From NCBI GenBank assembly GCA_013239625.1, contig MU053881.1:13592879-13626277 (forward strand): 33,399 bases of DNA, written 5' to 3'. This document shows, piece after piece, positions 1-10,258 of this stretch. Each line of letters opens with the position of its first letter. The stretch's first letter is position 1. The notes under the pieces were generated by a model. The model ran no database searches, was not told the DNA's origin, and worked only from the letters and a program-made list of their open reading frames with translations. The DNA comes from Lama guanicoe (lineage: Eukaryota). Both the position numbers and the translations under genes were made by a program.

Positions 1-493
1 CTTTTTAGACAGACTACACCTTGGTCTTTATTTTCCTTATAATTTATTGTTGAGATCACTGGAATTTTTCTAGATCAGGAACTCCCATTCGCAAAGGGAT
101 TCTTTTCATGCATGTTTTATATTTTGTGTAAAATATTGAGACAATGATAAGCTTTCCCCATGCGGTCCAGAAAGCTTGGCGACAGCTCTTCTCTTCAGAT
201 CTACCTCAGTGTTCTCTCATGAACAGATCACACATTTGCAGTTTTATTTTGTCATCTCTGAGTTATTTCAGTCACCCTTCCTTCTCGCCAAAGTTTGGAT
301 AGGTTATGTTCTAGACTCGGCCCTTTAAACAGACCCCTGTGGCGTTAAGGCACGATTCTGTGACTTAATCTGACCCATTTGGCAGCCTGGGTGTAAAGAG
401 CGATGCGGTCGGTGGGTCCCTTTAAGTGCAGCAATGCTCAGCCAGATTACACTGAGCATCTGGAGAGGGATTTTACATCTGTTTCCCCTCCAG

Positions 494-568
494 GTTTTCT
501 TCCAGGCTACAAGGAGGATGAGCGGCACAGACATAAAAATGCGTGTGTGCTACCTTCTATTACCCTAC
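494..568 (+). other. Candidate exon (alternative acceptors giving starts at 494 or 506; donor after 568)
   Basis: Pyrimidine tract + CAG (tttcccctccag ending 493; gttttcttccag ending 505) and donor TAC|GTGAGT at 568/569. Lengths 75/63 nt, two frames open, local CpG retention. No protein homology recognised. Confidence 0.35.
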
Positions 569-910
569 GTGAGTTCAACCAAAGTCACAGGGGAGAGCTG
601 TAGTTACCCTCCATACTTGTAAGTCAGGATCAAAGTAAATTAACTCTTTGAAATATAACTCATATTTTTTTGTTGTGACCTCATCCTTTGCTACACAAAT
701 TTATTGTCAGAGAGAAACTCAAATTTGAGTGAATCCCAGCCCTAAGGACCCAGTGTTATATATCTTATGAGATCTAGAGTCTTTTATGTTGCCTTTGGCA
801 GACATGACCTTATTAATTCTTGCAGAATGATGTGCGAAGACTTTTTTCTCAGGGTCACTGACCTAACTCCTAGAGAGATATAAGAGGGAAGTTTTTCTTC
901 CTCTCAAGGA

Positions 911-972
911 CACTGTCATGGTGACCACATATACCTTATAGGCACTATCATGGTGACCACATCTACCCGATA
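911..972. repeat. Local tandem duplication, 32-bp period, 2 copies
   Basis: cactgtcatggtgaccacatatacc (911) versus cactatcatggtgaccacatctacc (943). Confidence 0.9.
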
Positions 973-1199
973 TTATTCATCTTGTCCCAGTTCTTCCTCC
1001 ATCACAGCTGTCTTTGTGAAAAATTTGGGCACAGGCATCTAATGCATGCTTCATAGAATGCTCCTCATCTTGCCAGTTTCTGCTCTGTCAATTCATATGT
1101 CATCCCATAGTAACTGCCTGACCCATCAACATTCACTCCTAGGGCAGAATAGGGTCTAGCAAGTTATCTGAAAAACTGATTCTACCTTACAGACATAGA

Positions 1200-1320
1200 A
1201 AAGGTGAGCTATTGACTAAGTGAGAGGAGGTGAGATGTTCTCCTAGGTATGGATTGTGGCTGGGGACGAAAGTAGAGACATCTCAAGGACTAGGAACTAA
1301 TGGATGTGAGTGATGGTGCT
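1200..1320 (-). mobile_element. L2 LINE fragment (degenerate)
   Basis: Purine-rich 'agagacatctcaaggactaggaactaatggatgtgag' resembles antisense L2 internal sequence. Confidence 0.4.
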
Positions 1321-1884
1321 TTTCAGTCCCTTGAGTCAGAGCTTCATTTCTGTCTTTGTCTCTGTGTCCTGGGCTATCGATAGCAGTCTGTTGTGCCTTT
1401 TTGTTTGGATTATTTGAACATGGATGAAGCAAAACATGTTATAGGACAAAGTCAATTGCAATTCCTTAGTAAGAGTATTTGGTGGAGTGTGCTGGACAGT
1501 GATGCTTGCAAAAATAAAATCCGTTGTGTTGAAATCTTCCTCAAAGACAAGAACTAGGTCTTCTCTTTCTTTGTAAGCTCCACAGCACTTATATCAGAAG
1601 AGTGTGACGTATTAGAAACAGCATTGCTCTTGAAGTCATAAAATAGCTGAGCTCAAGTACAAGTTCAGTCTTCTGTTAATTACGTATGTTTATGTATGTT
1701 TGGGGAGTTTTCATTGCCTTACTTATCTCCACTTTTCTACTCCATAATTTGGGCACAGAAGTGATTACCTTTGGTCACTGTGATGAAATTGTACGTGTCT
1801 TCTGCAGAAACCACAGTATGTTTCCACGCAAGAGGAGTTTGGAAGTCCGGCAGTCCCTTACCAGCTGTGAAGCCACAGCTGATT

Positions 1885-2030
1885 CACATAGTTTCCTCAG
1901 CTGCAAAGCTGGGGTAATGATAATATCTACCTCATGGGATGGTTGTGACGATTAAATAAAAGAATCTATATAAAGCCCTGAGTACTTTACACTTAGTAAC
2001 TATTAAACATTCAGTACACATTAGCTAAAA
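1885..2030 (+). mobile_element. MIR SINE (core + tail)
   Basis: agtttcctcagctgcaaagctggggtaatgataatatctacctcatgggatggttgtgacgattaaat matches the MIR core consensus. Confidence 0.9.
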
Positions 2031-2104
2031 TATCAAGCAAAATATATGGCAGAGCAGGTAGGATTAGTCATCAAAAGTAAAAGTTCTTCAACTTAAGTAC
2101 TTTT

Positions 2105-2225
2105 ATATGCAGGTTATGCTGGTGAGTATTATTTTGCAGATGAGGAAAGTGAGACAGAGATAACGTGCAATGCATATAGCCACTCCACTAGGAAGTGCTA
2201 GGTTCAAGACTCAGTCTTGCAAGCA
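2105..2225 (-). mobile_element. MIR SINE fragment
   Basis: attttgcagatgaggaaagtgagacagaga is the reverse complement of the MIR core. Confidence 0.8.
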
Positions 2226-3235
2226 ATACTCCGTGCTCATTTACTAAAGCAGCTGCCACTTGACAAACTCCGTGAAGTAGCAGGCAGACGAGTTACCCAG
2301 GAATCAGGCCAACATTTGCACACCGGGTTAGCCCTGCCCTGACTTCCTCACCTTCCTTTCCAGTGTGCTGTTTGCTCTTTCATTCTTCTGAAATTACGAC
2401 GTCTGTTTTGGATACCTGTTGATTATTTCATAAACGTGTTTTCTTACCTATAAAGCAAATATGTTAATGGGTTTCTCCTGAAGCTATTTGAGAATTACAC
2501 GTTTAGTATATTGAAAATAATCTTTAAGAGTTCCAGCCACAGAGTAGGAATTCATAAATTATTTTTGTTATTAACAGAGAAGAGGCAAATTCCTTTATCA
2601 GCTCTTCTGCATGTGCTTCTAACCTTTAGCTCTAAGAAGCTTAGTTAATACATTTGCATGGTAATTAAAAATCAGTGACGTTTAAAGAAACTTAAATCCA
2701 GTGTGGAATTAATAGGCTATGTGAAGCATGCCAGAACTTAAATATTTTGTTTAGCTAATTAAAGTGCTTAGGAAAAATAAGAACAGAGAAATCTGTAGTA
2801 AAATTGAGTTCCTCACAGCTACACTTGTATGTAATCATATACTTATTTATTTCCCAAAGTACAAAGCTCTGTTTTGCAAATTGTCTCCTGGGTAGAATGG
2901 AACATATCTTTCAATGATAGACTCATATTGCTGAAAACAAAAGTTTTATTTTAACTTTGATTTTCTTTTTGCATTTTAATTTTTGTTTTTGCGCTCACAG
3001 TTAGTAGAAGTTTAAATATGGCTTAGGGAAGTCTTGAAGATTTTAATGTAGAAGTGATTAGAAGGGTACTTTTAGTTCTTAAAAAATGTCACTTAAAGAA
3101 GAGGTTGACTTAAGAGACTGAGTTATCTTTCCAAGCCATATTTCAAGTGAACTCAGTAGCAGTGGAAATTAACTGGTCTAAATGGATACAGTATTATTGC
3201 ATATGGCAGCATCAACAAATATGGATTAACGATAT

Positions 3236-3266
3236 TGTGATGGTTAATTTCATGTGTCACCTTGAT
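3236..3266 (+). mobile_element. MLT2 (ERVL) LTR 5'-terminal fragment
   Basis: tgtgatggttaatttcatgtgtcaccttga closely matches the MLT2 LTR start tgtgatggttaattttatgtgtcaacttga. Confidence 0.7.
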
Positions 3267-3289
3267 CCTAACTAACGCAAGTATAACAT

Positions 3290-3480
3290 CTACCCCTTAA
3301 TGAACATTTGCTCTGCTAAGGCCTTGGGTTAACATACATTGCCTTATTTAAAAATCATTAATAATTCTGAGACTAAGGTGTTTTTAATGTGAAGAAACTA
3401 GAGGCCAGAAAGAGTAAGCCATCTCCTACGCTCACACATCACGTAAATAGAGGGGGCCAGTTTGGCTCAAAATCTAAGCC
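3290..3480 (-). mobile_element. MIR SINE (degenerate)
   Basis: atgtgaagaaactagaggccagaaagagtaagccatctcctacgctcacaca resembles antisense MIR core. Confidence 0.65.
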
Positions 3481-3759
3481 AAAGTTTGAGATGAATGGAG
3501 TATGGAATGGTGGGTGGATGTTAACTTTGGGTGAGGAACCTGGGAGACGTCAGAGCACTATAGAGTTGTCTAAAAGGTCAAAATTCAACCGTGACTCCTC
3601 TGTACGTAAGTTTCATAATTAGTGCACAGTATCTTGCATGCACACTGAGGACTATTTTCAGACAGTCATTTTGTAAGAATGACTCCATTTAAGTGTGTAT
3701 ATTTATATAATTTAATGATAGAAATAAGGAAAGGAAATTTACTTTCTCATTTTTATTTT

Positions 3760-4105
3760 TATTTATTTTTTCAACAAATACTCTTAAGCATTTGCTCTAG
3801 GGCAGAAACTCTTCTACATGTGTTTTATATTTAGGAGGTGAAAAGATGAACACAACAGACCAGATTGTCTATATTATGATATTTCTTCTAGTACAGGAGA
3901 CAAGCAATAATCAAGTCAACATGCAAATAAGAATGTTATACATTATTCTGTGCAGGAAATAAACAGGTGGATGATGAGAGAGTAATTTAGGGTGGAGGGA
4001 CTGTTTTGGAATAAGGAGGGTGAGCCTTTCCAAGAGGTTACGTTTAAGCTTGTGATGCAGGGTTGGGAGGATGCCACCACTGGGAAGAGTTGAAGGAAGA
4101 GTGTC
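3760..4105 (-). mobile_element. L2 LINE 3' region
   Basis: Starts tcaacaaatactcttaagcatttgct (antisense L2 tail), followed by typical L2 purine-rich body. Confidence 0.8.
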
Positions 4106-4769
4106 CAAAACTGTGGTCAAATAATTAGCAAACACATCTGCAACTGTGTAAGCAGCAGTGTCAGGTGATGAGCACATCATTGTGTTCTCTGGAGCTGCCA
4201 TCATGACGTTCTGGAACAAAACCACACTTGGCTAACATTTTTGGCATTGAAGGAATATAATTATATGAAAAACATTTGCCTTTTTATTTTAAGTGAAATA
4301 TAGCTCAGAATGCCTGACTTTGAACTGAATTTGTCTTTGGAAAAACAAACGACGAGAAACCCAAATTTCAGTAATGTTATAGGTCATCTTGAGCCTCAGC
4401 ATAGTAGGCATTTCCAGTAGGTGTGCTTTTTTGGTTGCAATTTCTTTCCATTGATGGTTGGTTTTTGTTGAGATCTACGGCTACCTGTTAAAGATGAGAG
4501 TGATGGAGATCTATCTAAACCCTAGTAGGTTGCTATAAAATCCTGTTGGAAATTTAATGTGTTTGGTTTGGTGATACTAATCATTAATTTTTGAAAATAA
4601 GAAATATGTAATGAACGTATGCTAAGAATAGTGTTTGGGAGTACTTCCTATTCTGGAGTATTATTTTGCATTTGTTGGCTTTGTTTGAATCTAATGCTTT
4701 CCTTTTCAATTTAAGTGATGACATTTTTTGATTCATAGCTTAGTAAGAATAGCTTATGTATTACATAAC

Positions 4770-4865
4770 TGGATGGTGGGAATTATCAGTGTTTAAACTT
4801 TGTGCACTTCTCTATACTTTTGAAATTTTTTCCCAAAGACTTTGTATTTTACAGCCTGAAAAAGA
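4770..4865 (+). mobile_element. Ancient L1 (L1ME-type) 3' end fragment
   Basis: ggatggtgggaattat...ttctctatacttttgaaatttttt resembles the L1ME terminal sequence. Confidence 0.45.
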
Positions 4866-5634
4866 TATACTTTTGAATGCAAAATAAAAGTCATACAATC
4901 TATATAAGAGCAAGATTATTCAGATGTGTTGATCTGTCTTTTTAACCTTCCTATTTCTTTGGTTTTGATATATAGTAGTGCAGGAACCTCTGCCATCAGA
5001 CGAAATCTACTCGTGAGAAATACCCCTATCATGATGTGTTTAGTGCATGTGTGAGGTTGCTACTTTCTCAGTCATTGTGGACAAGCCCTTTTGTTTTACC
5101 GTGAAACTAGCTATGGCGTGGTATGAGTACACACAAAGTCCCAATAGCAGGATGGTTGTTACCATAACCTTCTAATCATTATCTTAACAATTGTGCGGTG
5201 TAAGGGATGTGTTTCTGAGCCTCTAGTAATTGTTACTATACCCTTAAAAGATCAAAGAAACACGTTAGAAGATGCAAACATTTGGGCATATTCAAGTCAT
5301 CATAAAAAATAAACTTTTCTTCCTTCTTGACTTCTTTCCATAATGATTATTTTTTGGCAAAGCTGAAGTGCCAGGTATAGTATAAAGTTGCAAATTAAAA
5401 AAAACCCCAACTAATATCCTGGAGGCGATAGTGGAAATCTAGGCTTTAAATAATTAAAATTCACAAATACTGTGTAGGAAAAGTTTTTAAAGAGTTTACT
5501 GGAAGAACCTTATATTTTTGATTCGTAGTAAAAAATAAAATGATTTTCTGAGAAAGTAAAAGCCAAGCCAAATCTCAGAAGAGTAATCATAAATTAGCGC
5601 CATAGAAAGACGATGCCAGGCACAACACGAAGAG

Positions 5635-6200
5635 GGAATTAAAGGGGGTGATATTAGAGACAGGGAGGCTTTAGGAAGTAATGCAAATGGCTAAGTAGAG
5701 ATGGTGGTGGCCTTTCCTAGGACAGTGGCAATGGGGTATTTATCCAGTGGGCACTAGCTGTTGAAGGCCAGTGCTTGTTCTAATTGGCCAGTTTGCATAT
5801 CATACTGAGTATAACAACTTTAGCATGATTCTTGGGAGGAGGTGATGTGAAGAGAGGATGGAGAAATATTTAGGAGGAAGAGCCAAATGATGATGCTATA
5901 AGCGCAGTCACCAACCTGGGTATGTGCAAGGCACAGCTGATCCTAAGGATAGAGTCATTAACTCTTTCTGAGGGTGTTACAAAGAAGACTTTCCAGAGAG
6001 TGTGGTGTCTGAGCCCGTTTTCCTTATGTGAAAAATGAGATGAAGGCTCTTCAGGGAAAAGAAACAGCAGGTGCTCTCTTTGCAGAGTAACAAGACTGAG
6101 TGTGATACTCAGAGACGTGCACGTCTGTGGGCTCTGCTAAACCGTACTGTACTCAAGAAGAAGGCATGGTAGAGATGTCACTGGAGAGCTGTTTTATCTT
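5635..6200 (-). mobile_element. L2 LINE fragments
   Basis: agagatggtggtggcct, agaaatatttaggagg, gaagactttccagagag and cagggaaaagaaacagca are L2-like motifs. Confidence 0.6.
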
Positions 6201-6385
6201 GTGCAACATTGGGGTAGATGAAAGTCATTGACGCTCACTCTGCTAATTATATTTAATGCATTTTGTGTCTGATATGTACTGGTTGCTGAGCTGCTTTCAC
6301 AAAGAGTGAATTGTCCATGGCATGTTTCGTGTCTGTTATTTTGAGGCTTAATGCAAAGTGAATGAAACAAGAGCGATCTGGCACT

Positions 6386-6395
6386 CCATTTATGG
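6386..6395. promoter_or_regulatory. Consensus CArG box (SRF site) inside an 18-bp palindrome
   Basis: CCATTTATGG fits CC(A/T)6GG; it lies within CACTCCAT-TT-ATGGAGTG (6382-6399). Function untested. Confidence 0.4.
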
Positions 6396-6949
6396 AGTGT
6401 TGCCTCATTTCTTTATATAGCTTTCTGTAATGGAGTTAAGCATTGCTGGATTAAAAAGGAGCCACAGAACCTCTCCAAAGAGAGAATAGCCTAGAGAAAA
6501 TTAGGTTGCTCTGACAAATTAACTCTACCTTACTTATACAATGGTAGTGTACAGATTTGCATGCCTTCTGTTGATTATATTATTAGAAAGCTTGATGATT
6601 CCAGGGCCACGTACGAAGATGACCAAAAATATGATATGTGAAACCAATGAAGAATGGAGAGGGGGATAATTTGGCTCATGCTATTTATTCTGAATTGGTG
6701 TCAGGGCCAGATAAAGGGTGCTTAGCTCTTTCTCTACTAACTGCATCCTTCAGGTCTCTGTGTTCTGCACGGAAACCACAAACTTGGTCCTATTTTTTAT
6801 TTAGAAACCTGGACAATTTATCTCCCCTGCTGTAAAGTTAATTAAAAACTACTTATTTAAATTTGTTTTAATGCCTGTCTACTGGCTAAAGTGACAACTT
6901 GAAGGGAGAGATGTTGCCTTGGGAGGTAGGAAGTCTGGTATTCTTTGGG

Positions 6950-7320
6950 GCACAATAGTGCAGTCGTCAAGGATTCTACGTTTTGGGTCAGAGAAACTGG
7001 ATCCAAAGCCCAGCCTCCATCTCTCAAGCCTCATCTATAAAACGGGGACAACATTGCTACCCACGTCAATGTTAACTTAATTTACTTATCACCCCTCTCC
7101 CCATCCACAGTGCAAGCTTTAGGAGAACAGGGACATTGGCAATGTTTGTTACATGCCTACAGCTTTGCTTGGCACACTACAGTTTCTTAACTATTTGTGG
7201 AATAAATGAATTAATAGGCAACCTACATAGCCGTGTAGTGTTTTGTGAGGGTTAAATAGGTTTATATATCTCTAAAGCTCTCAGCACAGTGCCTCTGACG
7301 GAGTAGGCATTTAGTAATAG
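6950..7320 (+). mobile_element. MIR SINE interrupted by an L2 3' end
   Basis: MIR 5' half up to cctcatctataaaacggggacaac (~7065). MIR 3' half resumes at ~7216 (tgtgagggttaaatagg...ctcagcacagtgcct). Confidence 0.75.
7085..7215 (+). mobile_element. L2 LINE 3' end
   Basis: gtgcaagctttaggagaacagggac...ttggcacac...tatttgtggaataaatgaat matches the L2 terminus. Confidence 0.75.
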
Positions 7321-7944
7321 GAAAAAAAGAATCTGTTTTTATTTAATAGCCAGTATTAAAACAATTTTTAATCTTAAAACAGCCTTTGAATATTTTTGTT
7401 CAAGCCTTTTTGTGCAGGTATGTTTCCATTGCTCTTGGATAAATGTGCATTCCTAAGTGGGGTTAAGTGGGTCTTGGTGTGGCTGCGTGGTTAACTTTAC
7501 AAGAACCTGCCAAACTATGCTCCAAAGTGGTCATTTCATTTTACACTCCCACCAGCAGCGGATGAAGACTTGGTTTGCTCTACATCCTTGCCAACCGCTG
7601 GTGTCATTCTTTATAAATTTAGCCACTCTGGTGGGGGTGTTGTGGTATCTCACTGTGGTTTGAATTTGCATTTTCTCTGGTGACTAATGCTGTGGAGCAA
7701 TTTTTTTCATATACTTATTGACTAGTTTGCATATCTTCCTTTGTGAAGTGTCTGTTTTAGTCTTTTGTTCATTGTTAATTGGGTTGTTTGTCATTTTATT
7801 GAGTTGCGGCAGTTACGTACACATTCTGGTTACAGCCTCTACCAAGTTACACATACATCCATATGTGAATGTGTATGTATTTTTTTTTCTCCTAGTCTGT
7901 GACTTGCCTGTTCATTTTCATAGCAACCTTTTATTTTTCCTCTC

Positions 7945-8318
7945 AGTAGTTTTATTTCAAAATAATTTTAGATTTACAGAGGAGTTTCAAAGATAGTACG
8001 GAGAGTTCCCAAATACTCTTCCTCTAGCTTCCTGTAATGTTAACATCTTACATAACATTTCTCAAAACTAAGAAATTAACATTGGTACAGTATTGTTAAA
8101 TAATCTGCAGACTTTATTCAGATTTCCCCAATTTTTCCACTAATGTCTTTTTTTCTGGTCCAGAATGCAGTTCAGGGCACCCCGTTACATTTCATTTTCA
8201 TGTCTACTTAGTTTTCTACAATCTGTGATCGTTTCCGGGGCTTTCTTTGTCTTTCAGGACCTCGGAAGTTTTTTAAAGTCTGGTTATTTATTTTTATGAA
8301 TACGCCTCAGCTTGGACT
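7945..8318 (-). mobile_element. L1MC-type (MER42-like) 3' UTR fragment nested in the older L1
   Basis: aatgttaacatcttacataac...aaaactaagaaattaacattggtaca...cagactttattcagattt...ccactaatgtc. Host L1 sequence resumes on both sides; possible decayed TSD tagcaacctttt / taacaactttt. Confidence 0.85.
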
Positions 8319-8729
8319 TAACAACTTTTCGATGAGCAGAAATTGTAAATTTTTGGAGTTCACCTTATTGACGTTTTCTTGTCCAATCAATGCTTCCTGT
8401 GTCCTGTTGAAACGGTCTTTGAGTATCCAGTGGTTGCAAAACATTCTCCTTAGTTTTCTACAAGGAGCTTTATAGTTGTTGCTTTTATGTTGAGTTAATT
8501 TTTCTCTATGAATTGAAGCAGGAAATCAAGGTTCTTTTTTAATGGATAACAAGTTTTCCAACATTATTTGTTGAAAAAAATTGAATTGACCCTTTTCCAT
8601 TGTATTGCTTTGGTGCCTTTGTCAAAAACTAAAATACATAAATGTGGGTCTCTTCCTGGATTCCGGTTTGTTCCATTGCTCTGTTTGTCTCATGTGGGTA
8701 TCACCACTGTGATTGTTGTGGCTTTAGAT

Positions 8730-8933
8730 CAGGGGTTGATCAACTTTTTCTAAATGAGGCAAATAGTATTTTGGGTTTGCAGTCCAGGTCTTTCTTAAAA
8801 TTATTTACGTCTGTTGTAGAGGGACGGTAGCCATGGATAAATATTTAAGTGCGAGGCTGTTGCTGAGTTCCACTGAAACTTTATTTACAAAAACAAGCAG
8901 CCAGCCTGTGGGCAATAGTTTTTTCCATCCTTG
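8730..8933 (+). mobile_element. MER58A (hAT-Charlie non-autonomous DNA transposon)
   Basis: Starts caggggttgatcaactttttct, contains aaactttatttacaaaaacaagc, ends ccatccttg. 8-bp TSD ctttagat (8722-8729) / ctttagag (8934-8941). Confidence 0.9.
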
Positions 8934-9311
8934 CTTTAGAGTAGGGCTTGAAATCAGATCATGCAAGTCCTCTGACTTGCTTCTTCTTTTTCTTAATTGT
9001 TTTGGTTTTTTCTAGGTCCTCTGCAAGTTCATATAAATTGTGGAATAAGGTTACTAACTTCTGGAAAAAAAAACCTGCTGAAAGATTTATTTTGATTGCA
9101 TTGAATTTATATATCAATTTGGGGAAAATTGATAATATTGTTTTCCAATCCACGAGCATGACTTAATTCTTCATTTATTTTGGTCTTCTCTGATTTATCT
9201 CATGAAGGGTTATGTAGAGGTATTACACGTGGTTTGTTAAAATGGTCACTAAACATTTTGTGTTTCTGATATTTTTATAGATGATATAACTATTTTCCAG
9301 TTGTGTCGTTG

Positions 9312-10258
9312 TTTTTTCAGTTTTAATTTTTTAATTGAAGTATGGTTGATTTATAATGTTTCAGGTATATGGCAAAGTGTTTCAGTTATACACGTGTATG
9401 TATGTGTGTATATACGTGTGTGTATATATATAATATATATATATATAATTTTTCAGATTCTTTTCCATTATAGATTTTACAAGATATTGAATATAGTTCC
9501 CTGTGCTATACAGTAGGTACTTCTTGTTTATCTAGTTTATATATAGTAGTGTGTATCTGTTAATTCCAAATTCCAAATTTGTCTTTTCCCTCCCTTCCCC
9601 CTTCATATCAAAAGTTTGTTTTCTATGTCTATGAGTCTCTTTCTGTTTTGTAAATAAGTTCATTTGTATCACTTTTTAGATTCCACATAGAGTGATATCA
9701 TGTGATAATTTGTCTTTTTCTGTCTGACTTACTTCACTTAGTATGATAATCTCTAGGTTCATCCATGTTGCTGCAAATGGTATTTCATTCTTTTGTATAG
9801 CTGAGTAATATTCCATTTTCTTTACCCATTCATCTGTTGATGGACATTTAGGTTGCTTCCATGTCTGGCTATTGTAAGCAGTGCTACTACAAACATTGGG
9901 GTGCATTATCTTTTTGAGTTCGAGTTTTCTCTGGATATATGCCCAGAAGTGGGATTGCCAGATTATATGGTAAATCTATTTTTAGTTTTTTAAGGAACCT
10001 CCATACTGTCCTTCATAGTGGCTGCATCAATTTACACCCCTCACCAACAATGTAGGAGGGCTCCCTTTTCTCCACAGCCTCTCCAGCATTTATTATTTGT
10101 AGACTTTTTGATGACAGCCATTCTGACTGGTGTAAGATGATGCCTCATTGTGGTTTTGATTTGCAGTTCTCTAATAATTAACGATGTTGACCATCTTTTC
10201 ATGTGCCTGTTGGCCATCTGTATGTCTTCTTTGGAGAAATGTCTATTTGGGTCTTCTG
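9312..10258 (-). mobile_element. 5'-truncated cetartiodactyl LINE-1 (L1_Art-like): 3' UTR + ORF2 C-terminus
   Basis: 3' UTR caagatattgaatatagttccctgtgctatacagtagg. ORF 9676-9906 TWKQPKCPSTDEWVKKM...PFAATWMNLEIIILSEVSQTEKDK matches the L1 ORF2p C-terminus. Confidence 0.93.
9386..9447. repeat. (TG)/(TA) compound microsatellite in the L1 3' UTR
   Basis: tatacacgtgtatgtatgtgtgtatatacgtgtgtgtatatatataatatatatatatata. Confidence 0.85.

Noticed and set aside
434..459. Hairpin ATGCTCAG-N10-CTGAGCAT
   Set aside because: An 8-bp stem is expected by chance and is too short for a pre-miRNA.
911..972. CRISPR-like direct repeats
   Set aside because: Only two adjacent copies with no spacer, in eukaryotic DNA with no cas genes.
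3911..4225. 104-aa minus-strand ORF
   Set aside because: Mostly overlaps an L2 relic; no homology recognised.
4160..4320. C/D box snoRNA (GTGATGA ... CTGA)
   Set aside because: The apparent stem overlaps the D box itself, there is no canonical terminal stem, and the spacing is long.
5888..5940. C/D box snoRNA (ATGATGA ... CTGA)
   Set aside because: Too short (~53 nt), no terminal stem, lies in L2-like sequence.
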